From: Wickerhamiella versatilis
Taxonomy: Eukaryota
Direction of reading: 5' to 3'
DNA: 64,000 nucleotides
Assembly (NCBI GenBank): GCA_030867685.1
Contig: JAQOWU010000008.1
Coordinates: forward strand, 186,001 to 250,000
Shown here: in pieces, positions 33,122-43,658 of the stretch
Layout: every line of letters starts with the position of its first letter
Position numbering within the stretch: the stretch's first letter is position 1
Notes under the pieces: generated by a model
The model's input: only the letters and a program-made list of their open reading frames with translations
The model's database searches: none
What the model was told of the DNA's origin: nothing
Program-made: the position numbers and the translations under genes

Positions 33122-33259
33122 ATGGCCATATCATTGTACTCAATTTTCATTTATTTAACTGCAGTAGCAGCTTTCCCCAGTGGCTTAAACAACAGTAGCC
33201 TACCTCAAAATGGTTCATTTCAAGTCCCACCGCCGCCAAAGCTAGTTTTGAAAATCTGA
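33122..33259 (+). CDS. Putative small secreted peptide (45 aa)
   Basis: MAISLYSIFIYLTAVAA-FPSGLNNSSLPQNGSFQVPPPPKLVLKI; signal-like N-terminus, two N-glycosylation sequons, TATAAAA at 33081, A-rich start context. Confidence 0.5.
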   Translation: MAISLYSIFIYLTAVAAFPSGLNNSSLPQNGSFQVPPPPKLVLKI

Positions 33260-33645
33260 TTCGGGTCGTTACCTGGGATAAATTAGCGCCGGTGCTTTTC
33301 TTTTCCAATATAGTTAGTTAGATCTTTATTTCTTTTAAATTATGTCGTGCATTTTTCGCTAGGGTACCTTCCCACTTAGAAGCACCTGCAGTGAATATGA
33401 AATTATGAATGGCTGATAGATGATGCTACTAATATTTTTTTATATTCAAATATTCCAAAACATGAGGTGGGCAAATACATTGTATGTACATAAGTAATAC
33501 TGGGATTTATATAAATCCTGCGATACGCATCCCTGGTACGTCACCCATTTGTATCTGAACCATTACATTGACTCTTTTACGGATGTAGACAAGTGAAAAT
33601 TACTATCGGGATGTATGCATATTTCGTATATCGGCTCAGAAACGA

Positions 33646-34542
33646 CTACCCTTGTCCTGGGTCGACATCTTCATTTATTTTTTGCCCTGGTTTCGTATGG
33701 AGTCCTTCTACAGGTATCTTTTCTTTTCCTAACATCATTCCTGGGTGCACAAGAAAAGGTATACATCCCAGAAGGATCATAAGTCCATCCAATGCAAGAA
33801 AATACCTCTCTGTATTCATCAAGTGGCCATCCCAGCCTTCTCCAAGTTCAACTAAACGATACACAGACCGAATCCAGATGAACATTACAGAAATGGCTAT
33901 AGCTGGAATAAAGAATTTGAATAATGGCCGCTCTCTAACAGAGCGAAATCGAGGAGCATATTGGGACTTATCCTGCTCATGATTTACACACCACACAAGA
34001 TGAAGAAGCAATATCACAAACACCGTTAAAGATATAACTTGTACGAATATACCTGCAAACATTATCCATCCACCTCTTACCACTAAATTCACGGGAGTTC
34101 GCTGTAAGCTTGCCGCGATACCACCACCAGCAGCTTGAATGATTAGCGAAACTACATCACTCGTTATAAATATTGCACTGTAATCCATCGGCCGTAGGCG
34201 ACTGTATCGGACCCCATGTACTTGTATGTATTTTGCCAAGAGATAATATAATCCGGCGGTCATAAATACAGGTCCTATAATGAGACATACAAGCTGCATT
34301 TCGTACATTTTCTCATTAGTGATGTCAGAGTTACACTTTACACGAGCAATATATCCTAGTAGTTCAAGTACCATCGTAAGCGCCCAAGTCACGCCAAACC
34401 ACCATTGACGGTACCATAAAGCCATAAATACGTGGTATACCAGCAAGATAGCGAACAATACAAGGCCTACTAGGTTGGCCGCTAAGTTCGGTACATACCC
34501 AAACACTGAATATGCCGCTTCCTCCGGGGTATAATGAACCAT
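33646..34542 (-). CDS. RTA1/Rsb1-family lipid-translocating exporter
   Basis: FGYVPNLAAN, LELLGYIAR, DVVSLIIQAAGGG, IRSVYRLVEL.EGW.G.L, HPG. Confidence 0.92.
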   Translation of the reverse strand: MVHYTPEEAAYSVFGYVPNLAANLVGLVLFAILLVYHVFMALWYRQWWFGVTWALTMVLELLGYIARVKCNSDITNEKMYEMQLVCLIIGPVFMTAGLYYLLAKYIQVHGVRYSRLRPMDYSAIFITSDVVSLIIQAAGGGIAASLQRTPVNLVVRGGWIMFAGIFVQVISLTVFVILLLHLVWCVNHEQDKSQYAPRFRSVRERPLFKFFIPAIAISVMFIWIRSVYRLVELGEGWDGHLMNTERYFLALDGLMILLGCIPFLVHPGMMLGKEKIPVEGLHTKPGQKINEDVDPGQG

Positions 34543-35869
34543 ATTCGAAAAAGTAATTGACGGTCCAATATTGCTCTAGCTTCCTATCAACGGAGAAGAA
34601 AATCCAATAACCTTACTAAGCGCTGGATCTGAAAAAACCGATGTTGACCAACTTCCAAAAAGGGAGCCAGCTCCGACATAATTGGATAGCAGCAGTATAA
34701 ATATGGAATGACCACGACATACAAAATTTTACTATGTATTTTTGTTTAGATATATAAGAATGTTAAATTTGTCAAATTTGAAGAGTTAATTCAATTAATA
34801 AAATCAGGAACAAGGATTAAAAGCCAGAGCTTGTCTGAATCAAGATGGGCATCCAATATTATGGTACATGGAAGACATATTAGACGATTATTTAAGAGTT
34901 TTTCTTTTTTCTTTAATTCATTTTGTGAAATTAATTACATGTTTAATATACTGATTAATGCTTGAGGTCACAGTAATTTTTATTTGAGATAGCTACATCA
35001 AATATAGAGACTAAAATTTGTCGCAATTTTGAAAAAACACTTTAAACGCAAATGAATAGAGAACTACCAACATAGTAAGACATTCTAGTAAAGGTACCCA
35101 CCCACTTCATGCCAAATATATCAGTAGAAATAATGAAAACAGCCTTCATCTAAGTCTGGAAGCATGTGAGATATTTTAAAGCTAGACACGGCTGTAAACT
35201 TAAATAACGTCATATTTAACAGGTTATATAGAAGAACATTCAATAATCTTGCCCAGGACTGGAAGTCTCATTCAGATATAGGTCACTTTACATTATCAAA
35301 ACACTAAATTCCCAGGTATTCCTTGAAGAAAAAAGACACAGTGGATTGCCACAAAATCGAAAGAAGATGCCTGTCTTTCGAGTGATAATGCAAGACATTC
35401 CACAATATTTCTAGCTTTTTTTTTGATTCTCGTATCCCGTAGAAGCACGTTAAATGTTTCAATATTTTTTATGAGCGAATTTATGTCTTCCCACCAACCG
35501 GTTAATTGTACTTTTCTCTTTCCCTGATTCACTCTTTCTTATCAACACAATTATCAAATTATCGCTAGCCGAGCAATGAATAAGCGTACATCAATTGCCG
35601 AATACTTGAATACCGCACACAACATCCAAATTAATTGCCTTGCCTTTAGGCAATAAGAACAGTACGCATATCTGCCAAGTTTCATAAAAAAAAAGTATAT
35701 GGGTCTTTTTTTTTGCTGGTAACTATTTATGATACCCCACAGGGAGGACTACGTTTCATTTTCTACTCCGTCTTAGAGCCATTACCCTGAATATTAATAC
35801 GCTTATATAATGCATGAGCTATCTCCGAGTTTATAGACGCAACATTGTGCGTGTATTCTTCACAGAACC

Positions 35870-37513
35870 ATGGGAAAAAGCAGTTTAGACCTGGAAGAAG
35901 AAGCAAAGGTGGTGGAAGAAGGCTCTGTTATTTCTACAACAATAGGAAATGAAAATTTGGATAAGAATGGACTGGCTCATAGATTGTCCACAAGACATAT
36001 TGTTATGATAACTTTGGGCAACAGCATTGGCATGAGTCTGTGGCTCGGAACAGCAAATCAAATGACTACGGGCGGTCCTGTTGGAACATGGCTTTCCTGG
36101 TTCCTCCTAGTCACTGTAGCCATTTGCCTAAGTAATGCAGTTGGTGAGCTAAGTGTTCTCTATCCGGTTCCTGCTCCATTCACACAATGGGCTCACAAGT
36201 TCATAGACAAACCCTGGGCTATTACGGTGGGATTTGATTATTGGATGGTATTTGTACTCAATTTTGCCAATGAAATTACTGCTGCTAATACCGTAGTACA
36301 CTACTGGACCAATCAGGATGGGATGGGTGGGGGGCACGCCGATGTAGTTCCAACCGCGGGTTGGTTAACAATATTCTTTGTGATAATGGTTGCCACAAAT
36401 CTCTTTGGAGTAGCTGTGTTTGGAGAGATCGAAACTTGGGAGGCGACTTTAAAATTTATTTGGATTTTTGTCGTAATCATCGCCTGCATAGTTGTGTCGT
36501 GTAAGCTTGGCATCGGATTTCATTTCTGGCGAGTAGACCCTTTTGCTCATGGTTTTAAAGGATTTCTGAAAGCTTTAGCAATCGCAGGCTGGTCTGTAGG
36601 TGGAATCGAGTTTACAGCTGTCGTCGCACCGGAAGCAAAAAATCCCTTCCGGAGTGTACCTAAAGCAGTAAATTCCATATGGCTTCGAATGACCCTCTTC
36701 TACATTATAGGAGTCATGATGGTAACAATCACAGTTTCTCCGGGTGATCCACGTCTTTCTGGAGGTGGGGTGTCTGCGTCACCTTTCACTATAGCCTTCA
36801 AGGATGGAGGTGTACCAGGACTTGCGCATGCGATGAATGGAATAATTCTTGTAAGTGTTGTGTCGGCTGGGTGTGCTTATCTCTTTGGTGGAGCACGGCA
36901 GCTCCATGGGCTAGCAACCATGGGTTACTTCCCGAAGATATTTGCCCAAACAGATAGGTGGGGCAGACCATGGGTAGCACTAATTACCACTGCAATTATA
37001 GGTGGTGGTCTTAGCTATTTGAATGTTTCGGATGAAGCGTCATCAGTCTTTGGCTGGTTCATTGACTTGAGTACTTTGGGATATAACTTCTTGTGGGCAA
37101 CAATATTCATCTGCAACATTAGGATGCGATATGTCTGGAAGTTTCAAGGGCGCAGTCTTAATGAACTACCATGGAAATCGTACATAGCAGCATATGGCTC
37201 TTACTATGGATTGATATGGATGATACTTATCATTGTTGATGTTTTTTATCTTGCTGTATGGCCCCTGGGTGAACCATCATCGGCCAAAACTTTTTTTGCG
37301 AATTTTCTCTCAATGATAATAATCATTGTTCTTTACACTGGCTTGAAATTGTGGTATCGTGATCCTTTCTATACAAAAGCTGAAAACGTAGATTTGGATG
37401 GCAGCATGCTTCGCGTCTATACAGAAGAAGAAATGAAAAGGCAAGAATTTTCGAAGGAAAGTCTGAAGCTCAAAAATCTCCCTAAAACAATAGATAAACT
37501 CATATTTGAGTGA
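35870..37513 (+). CDS. Amino-acid permease (APC/YAT family)
   Basis: L..RHIVMI.LG.SIG..L, GEL..LYP, FGEIE, EAKNP..SVPKA, SPF.IA, GRPW motifs; 12 hydrophobic segments. Confidence 0.92.
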   Translation: MGKSSLDLEEEAKVVEEGSVISTTIGNENLDKNGLAHRLSTRHIVMITLGNSIGMSLWLGTANQMTTGGPVGTWLSWFLLVTVAICLSNAVGELSVLYPVPAPFTQWAHKFIDKPWAITVGFDYWMVFVLNFANEITAANTVVHYWTNQDGMGGGHADVVPTAGWLTIFFVIMVATNLFGVAVFGEIETWEATLKFIWIFVVIIACIVVSCKLGIGFHFWRVDPFAHGFKGFLKALAIAGWSVGGIEFTAVVAPEAKNPFRSVPKAVNSIWLRMTLFYIIGVMMVTITVSPGDPRLSGGGVSASPFTIAFKDGGVPGLAHAMNGIILVSVVSAGCAYLFGGARQLHGLATMGYFPKIFAQTDRWGRPWVALITTAIIGGGLSYLNVSDEASSVFGWFIDLSTLGYNFLWATIFICNIRMRYVWKFQGRSLNELPWKSYIAAYGSYYGLIWMILIIVDVFYLAVWPLGEPSSAKTFFANFLSMIIIIVLYTGLKLWYRDPFYTKAENVDLDGSMLRVYTEEEMKRQEFSKESLKLKNLPKTIDKLIFE

Positions 37514-38182
37514 CATGTAATTCGGACATTTCTAGACATCAAGAAAATTTACCTTGTTTTGAATGAAGAGAAATAATGATACATTTAATATTACCGACAA
37601 ATATTATCAACAAATCTGGCGTTCTCTGGCCAGATTCTTATGTTTTTAAAACCCCAGTATCTCTTAGTGATGTTCCGTGGGATTGTGAAATTTAAGAAAA
37701 AACCCACTCATCTTCAAGTATCTACCTCATGCAGCAAAGAGCAAATTGAGGTCTGGCAATTGACTAGATAAACTAAGCATACTTAGCTAACATCTGTTTC
37801 CGTGCATCTGGTACCGAGTGGCTGAATTCTGTGGGAGATTCAACTATCAGCGAGAGATTCAAGATGGGGTAAGATGAAAGATACATTCATTTTATTGATC
37901 AACAGATAGTAATATGTAGTCATATAAATCTCAACTGTCTAGTCGTCACAAAACTTGGGGGACCGACTAGCGAAGCTCCACTCTTTTCAGATGAGTATAT
38001 TGTTAGCGTGAATACCATATTAGGACATTCCTGAAAGTTATATTGTTTTTTCTAAAGTTTAATCGCGGTATATTTCCCTCGTATCGCATTGCCTCTGTAT
38101 ATTGAATTTGAACAGCTGCTTATCGATTTTTTGAGGATATCTCAATCAAATGCCGAACCAATAATGTAAGCAATATGATAAA

Positions 38183-39304
38183 ATGGTATCTCCCAGCACG
38201 CATTTTGAGTTCTATAATAACACTGCTATAATGGCAACTGCTGCAACTACTCAAACAACACCAATCAATGGGCTAAATACCTTAATCACAGGTTCTGTGA
38301 TTAAGGAAAAGCCTTATGAGATATCAGTCCCAGAATGGAAATACCAGCCCACTTCGGTTAAGTTTGATGCGGATAGGCATCTCTCGATTGAGCAGCCAGC
38401 TTGGAGGAAAACATTGGCAGACTTCGGTTATGACAACTCTGAGGGTGTTACCAAGATTGGAGCCACCGCTCCGTTTCAGTTATTCACTGAAGAGGCTGTA
38501 TATCTACTGCGTAATGACCTTCTTTCGGAACCTGTTCAAAAGAATCATGTGTTTAGTTGGGACCGCGCACCGTATATTGTCCGCGGTTTTGCACCAGATG
38601 TGTCTAAATTTGTTTACGACGCCTGGACACATCCTCGGGTTTTAGAAGCACTTTCAAATGCAGCTGGAATAGATCTTGTTCCTTGCTTTAATTATGAAAT
38701 TGCTTCTACAAATATTCAATTGGGTTCGAAAGGTCGACTCGGTGTCCGAGACCTAAGTGCTGAGCCGTCCAAGCCGTTACCTTCATCGGAGCAAGTGGAA
38801 AGAAGTATCTACGATGAAAAGCCTGTCGATGACTGGCATTTTGATTGTACTCCTATTGTTGCTGTTCTTATGCTGTCTTGTACAGATGGCATGATTGGCG
38901 GGGAGACAGCCGTTCAGTCTAAAGACGGTACTCGCCATGTAGTGCCGGGCCCTGGGATGGGCAAAGTTGTCATCATGCAAGGTTCTAAGCTCTACCATGC
39001 AGCTCTCAGAGCAAAAAATTGCAATGAGCGTATCGCAATGGTGACTGGCTTAAGACCTCGTGATCCTACAGCTCGCGACACAACGTCTCTTTGCAATGTG
39101 TGGTGGACCTCTGATCGTCAAATAATTGGTCGTCAATGGCTTTCTTACAGGCTTAAGAATCTTGAAGACTGCCTTCGTTCTCAAAGAAGTGCAATTGAAT
39201 CCAGTGAGACGTATGACCGTGAAGAGCTCAAAAAATGGGTTCAAAGGCAAGACGCCTATTTAAATTATACAATAGATCAGTTATTTTTGGATGTCACAAA
39301 CTAG
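38183..39304 (+). CDS. Fungal Fe(II)/2-oxoglutarate dioxygenase-like protein
   Basis: DWHFD (HxD), GGET, HAAL (distal His), ERIAMVT (2OG-binding Arg); the start may be ATG 38231. Confidence 0.7.
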   Translation: MVSPSTHFEFYNNTAIMATAATTQTTPINGLNTLITGSVIKEKPYEISVPEWKYQPTSVKFDADRHLSIEQPAWRKTLADFGYDNSEGVTKIGATAPFQLFTEEAVYLLRNDLLSEPVQKNHVFSWDRAPYIVRGFAPDVSKFVYDAWTHPRVLEALSNAAGIDLVPCFNYEIASTNIQLGSKGRLGVRDLSAEPSKPLPSSEQVERSIYDEKPVDDWHFDCTPIVAVLMLSCTDGMIGGETAVQSKDGTRHVVPGPGMGKVVIMQGSKLYHAALRAKNCNERIAMVTGLRPRDPTARDTTSLCNVWWTSDRQIIGRQWLSYRLKNLEDCLRSQRSAIESSETYDREELKKWVQRQDAYLNYTIDQLFLDVTN

Positions 39305-39668
39305 AATTGTTTTCGTCATTATCTTCATATAATCAAGAAATTTTAACTTACTTGGAGGCTCAAGCTGTATTTAGAGGTCTAAGAATGTAAAATATAGCAA
39401 TTTAAGTCCGGTGGACTTCTTATTCGTGGAGATACAATTTTATACAGCCCTCTGATCCTTAACGTTGCCATTCTAAAGTGTCACTAGGTAAACTCCTAGT
39501 TACGGAATTATTATAACTGCTAGTACATATTTTTTTCATGAACGAAACAAGCTGACTTATTCACCCGTGCATGATATGAACCTTCTAGGCGATAAGCGTC
39601 GATAGCCGAGCTTGATTATATATATCAAATCGTGCTTTTCTACGCGATAAGTCAGCATTCGTTGGATA

Positions 39669-40709
39669 ATGGACCATCTTGTGCAGTTATTTGTGATTTT
39701 CGTAGCGTTTCTGATTTATTTAGCCTTGAGATCTTTGACCGAAAGAAAAGGCACTTCAAGCTTGCGCATGTTGGACGGGGATGGGTCTTTAAGACCGGCG
39801 TCAAAAGAGATTCCGTCGCCAGAAAAGTTCAGACCCTTTAAGCCCAATTACCATATGACCATGGGAATAGGCAAAACAAATATTCTTGATTGGATCGTGA
39901 TTGAAGATACTTATAAAAATGTGGTTAGTGAGCATGAGTTTCTTATGAAAACAGTACCTCAAGAGACTTGTCTCGTAGATTCTCGAGCTACACAAGCCGT
40001 GAAAGAAGTTTACGAAACAATATTAGATTACATGATTTGCCGTTATCCCGCATACTTCCACAAAAAGGGTGACAAAATTGTCAATGGGATTCTTGCTAAA
40101 GAGATCCCTTGTTACGCAGGAAATTTACCACCTCATAGGCTTTTGGAATTGATTGGAGCAAACGTTGAGGAGGATGTACACCTGTTAGAGTTTGACCCTC
40201 AAAGTCAGGAATATAACCTGCGTGCATCAACTGGCTTTGGTGCTAATGGCTTTTATTGGCGAAAGAAATTTGGTAATATCATAACCAAAATTCACGAGCC
40301 AGTACCTCAGTATGAGGAGAAGCTGAAATTCAGTATGAATCGCTATTTTAGCAAGATACAGTCTGGCCAGTGGGTTCGCCGGTTCACATGGGGTATTCAA
40401 CTTGGTTCAGACTTATTCAAGCCTGAAGGGAACCACAATGCAAAAAGCGAAGGCAAGACTTTGCGAGCCTCAGAATTGGACTTCAATAATGTATTTATGA
40501 GACTTGAAAAGCAAATATTAACACGACTTCCTCGTACAAAGTTTATATTGTTCACAGTGAAAACTTATCTCTATCCCCTATGTGATATTAAAAGAGAGGG
40601 CCTTGGTCACTCTATGGTTCGGGGATTTGATGCTTGGCCTGATCAGATGAAGCAGTATAAGTCGTATCCCTTGTGGTCGGCTGCTGTCCGAGAATATATG
40701 GAGGTCTAA
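39669..40709 (+). CDS. DUF3445 / heme-dependent oxidative N-demethylase alpha-like protein
   Basis: RPFK..YHMTMGI, RYP.YF, VEED, IHEPVPQY..KL..SMNRYF, R.TW.IQ, RLEKQ.L.RLP motifs; N-terminal membrane anchor. Confidence 0.85.
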   Translation: MDHLVQLFVIFVAFLIYLALRSLTERKGTSSLRMLDGDGSLRPASKEIPSPEKFRPFKPNYHMTMGIGKTNILDWIVIEDTYKNVVSEHEFLMKTVPQETCLVDSRATQAVKEVYETILDYMICRYPAYFHKKGDKIVNGILAKEIPCYAGNLPPHRLLELIGANVEEDVHLLEFDPQSQEYNLRASTGFGANGFYWRKKFGNIITKIHEPVPQYEEKLKFSMNRYFSKIQSGQWVRRFTWGIQLGSDLFKPEGNHNAKSEGKTLRASELDFNNVFMRLEKQILTRLPRTKFILFTVKTYLYPLCDIKREGLGHSMVRGFDAWPDQMKQYKSYPLWSAAVREYMEV

Positions 40710-40896
40710 CTATATCAATAACAACAATCACTTATATTCAGCACCCCGTGTAAAACATCATTCTAATATGTCTCGAAATTCAATCAAGGAAATTCAATTA
40801 GTTCTTAAATATTAGAAGCAAAATGGTATATATGTATAGTATATTTTAACAAAGATAGTAAAATTTACTTGTCCTGACTACTACTTAGAATTAATT

Positions 40897-42006
40897 TTAT
40901 TCCTTACGCAGCCATGGAATTATTGCTGGGCCCCAAACAGGATGACCTTTATAATTAGCATACAGGTCTGGCCATGCTTCAAGTGCATCCGCCATAAGTG
41001 GTCCTAACCCCTCTACTTTCAATTGTTTCAATGGGTACCAGTAAGTATGTTGTGACAAAACTAGAAAACCACTTTTAGGAAGCTTTGTAGGTACTTGGCG
41101 TTCAAGTCGCATCCAAGTACCATTTTCAAAGTCAATATCATCCTCCTTCACACTAACCACTTCATTACCAGGTCCATGAACTCTCGGTTTTTTGGGATGA
41201 TAAACTTGATCACAAGAGCCAAGATGTATTCCCCAGGTTAACCTCTGAACAAAATTCCCAGGTTCAAGTCGTTTAAAGTATCTATTCATAGAAGTTTTGA
41301 GCTTTTCCTTGTATCCTGGAACAGGGCCATGAACATCTGTGAGCTTCTTATCTAGCTTACTCCTCCAGCTATAGCCATCAGATGTAAGACCACCAATTCC
41401 TCTCACAACATACTCATCTGAAATTGGATCGTGCTCTAGTAATTGAAAGTCCTCTTCGGTATTTTCTAGAAGTATGCGAAGTAGCTCCTCCGCAGTTTTT
41501 TTGCTCTCAAATGCGTGTTTCGGAAGCTCCATTCCATTTATAGTGTTGATAATTGATTTTTTTGATTGGGAAGGAGTGAAGTATTCTGGATATCGTCTCT
41601 GAAGTACACCAAGAACAACATCGTATAACTCTCTTATGGCCAATTCAGACCCAGGAGACTTACTAACCTTACAAGTTTCATCGGGATGCTCCATCAAAAT
41701 ATTTCTATGAATATTTGTGACCCACTCGTAAGTATCCTCGATTAGGAGCCAATCCTCAACTGGCACCTTTTTTATATTCATTGTCATATGGAAAACGGGC
41801 TTTATTGGCCGGTATTGCTGTGGAGGTGTATTGAACCATCTAAAGTTTTCTGATACTGGTGAAACTTCGAGGTAGAATCGATTGTTTGTCTTCTTTGCAT
41901 GTTGCAAAGCGGCCATAAGACTTAGGAGGCAAAGACATAGTATTAGTGCCTCCCATAAAATAGTATTTTCTTCTGCAAACTTCAAAATGGAAGATGCATC
42001 TGTCAT
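40897..42006 (-). CDS. DUF3445 / heme-dependent oxidative N-demethylase alpha-like protein (paralog)
   Basis: YRPIK..FHMTM, RYP.YF, TEED, VHGPVPGY..KL..SMNRYF, RLERQ...KLP; N-terminal hydrophobic segment. Confidence 0.85.
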   Translation of the reverse strand: MTDASSILKFAEENTILWEALILCLCLLSLMAALQHAKKTNNRFYLEVSPVSENFRWFNTPPQQYRPIKPVFHMTMNIKKVPVEDWLLIEDTYEWVTNIHRNILMEHPDETCKVSKSPGSELAIRELYDVVLGVLQRRYPEYFTPSQSKKSIINTINGMELPKHAFESKKTAEELLRILLENTEEDFQLLEHDPISDEYVVRGIGGLTSDGYSWRSKLDKKLTDVHGPVPGYKEKLKTSMNRYFKRLEPGNFVQRLTWGIHLGSCDQVYHPKKPRVHGPGNEVVSVKEDDIDFENGTWMRLERQVPTKLPKSGFLVLSQHTYWYPLKQLKVEGLGPLMADALEAWPDLYANYKGHPVWGPAIIPWLRKE

Positions 42007-43078
42007 TGTTCCCGTAATACAAACGGATGATTTATCGTTATTATATATCTGCTACGAACAGCGGTTATCGATGATTAGATAGCAGATACAGGAGGCTCAT
42101 AAATCCCAATAGAAATAATGATCACTCGATCACTTAGGAAATCATTCTTTGCTATTTTGCGTTTATTTTCTCCGCTTTTTTGGATATAAATGCTTAAAGC
42201 AAATTCTAATGCTAATAATTGTAGTGCTATTTTTTATGTAATGTCGGTTATCGGATACTTTTCATAAAGTAAGCATATGTTGTGAGGGGGCTACTTACAG
42301 TTAAGTAATATTACGGAGGTTTCTATTGGCCATTCTTAAGATCCTGAGATAGAGAGAGCATCGACATCTTGACGAGAAGGGAAATCCTGCTCTTCGCCAT
42401 TGTCTAAGATAGACAGATACCACCTTCTTTCAAGTAACCATTCAATTTTTTTTATGTTTTTGCAAAATCTTTACTGGATTTTAATCGTCTAGACTTCTTT
42501 ATCTATCCAAAAAAAATCAACACCTTGGTCAATTCAACATCACCAACAAGGTGCGTGTGAGAGTCAATATCCCTGGAAAAATAGATACCCCACTAGCATC
42601 AAATATCTGTGTATGGTGGAATATTTAAAGCACTTTATATAAGCATTGGTGCCAACAGCAATGAAATGCCTATCTTTTACAGCAAAAGCCTCTGCCCGTG
42701 ACTTTAATGTATATATCAGCATTAATCACGATCATCTCTAGGAAACATTCTTTCTTTCACAAATTATCCAAAGCAGTTAGTTGCTATTGACTTTTATGGT
42801 GTGAACGAATGACACAATATTATCCAACGGAGTCCGGCACTGATATACTTGATGAGTTACCATGATAGATCATAATGGCCAGCATTTCTGCACCCCCAAC
42901 CTGTCGTTTTCTCTTCTTAATTTAATGAACAATACTTATAACATTTTAAATCGAGTCGTTTACCCTAGAACATATTAGCACGAATATACCTAGGATTTCG
43001 AAGTGCAAGACCACTTAGTCATAGCGAAAGGTGCTAGACGATTCAAGTTTGTACAACCCACTTACCGCTTTCACGGAA

Positions 43079-43387
43079 ATGAACGTTATTATAGACCTCT
43101 GTGTCGTTCCAATGGGTGTTGGAGTATCCGTATCCTCGTATGTTGCCGCTTGTGAACGCATCATAGAGGAAGCTGGTTTAGAGCACACGCTTCACGCCTA
43201 TGGAACCAATATCGAGGGTGACTGGGATAAAGTTTTCGCTGCTGTAAAGCGATGTCATGAGGTTGTGCATAGTATGGGAGCACCACGTATCAATACAACC
43301 ATTAAGGTGGGTACCCGTACCGATCGAGCCCAGACGATGCAGGATAAAGTCACCAGTGTGGAGCAGAAGCTCTCCTCACAAAATTAA
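43079..43387 (+). CDS. MTH1187/YkoF (Ecm15-like) thiamine-binding protein, bacterial-type
   Basis: DLCVVPMG..VSVS.YVA, HAYGTNIEGDWD, HSMGAPRI, GTRTD; first ATG 43079. Confidence 0.9.
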   Translation: MNVIIDLCVVPMGVGVSVSSYVAACERIIEEAGLEHTLHAYGTNIEGDWDKVFAAVKRCHEVVHSMGAPRINTTIKVGTRTDRAQTMQDKVTSVEQKLSSQN

Positions 43388-43658
43388 GCAATTCAGTTCA
43401 TTTTTAGATGTCAATTCTATTTCTGAATGATCCTCAGTTCTTTAGTTACCGTAAATATACTTGCATTATTGATTGGCCCCTATTCAAAAAATGCGAATGT
43501 CAAACCTAGGGAGTATTTTTTATAAGTGAGATATAAGTTACTTGTATGAAATGGATTGCTAACCAAAAGCAGTCACTAGCAAGCTTCGAAAAAGTTCCGC
43601 GATCCCGATCACTCAATACATAACGGATTCTAGCACGTCAGAATGATTGGTCATCATC

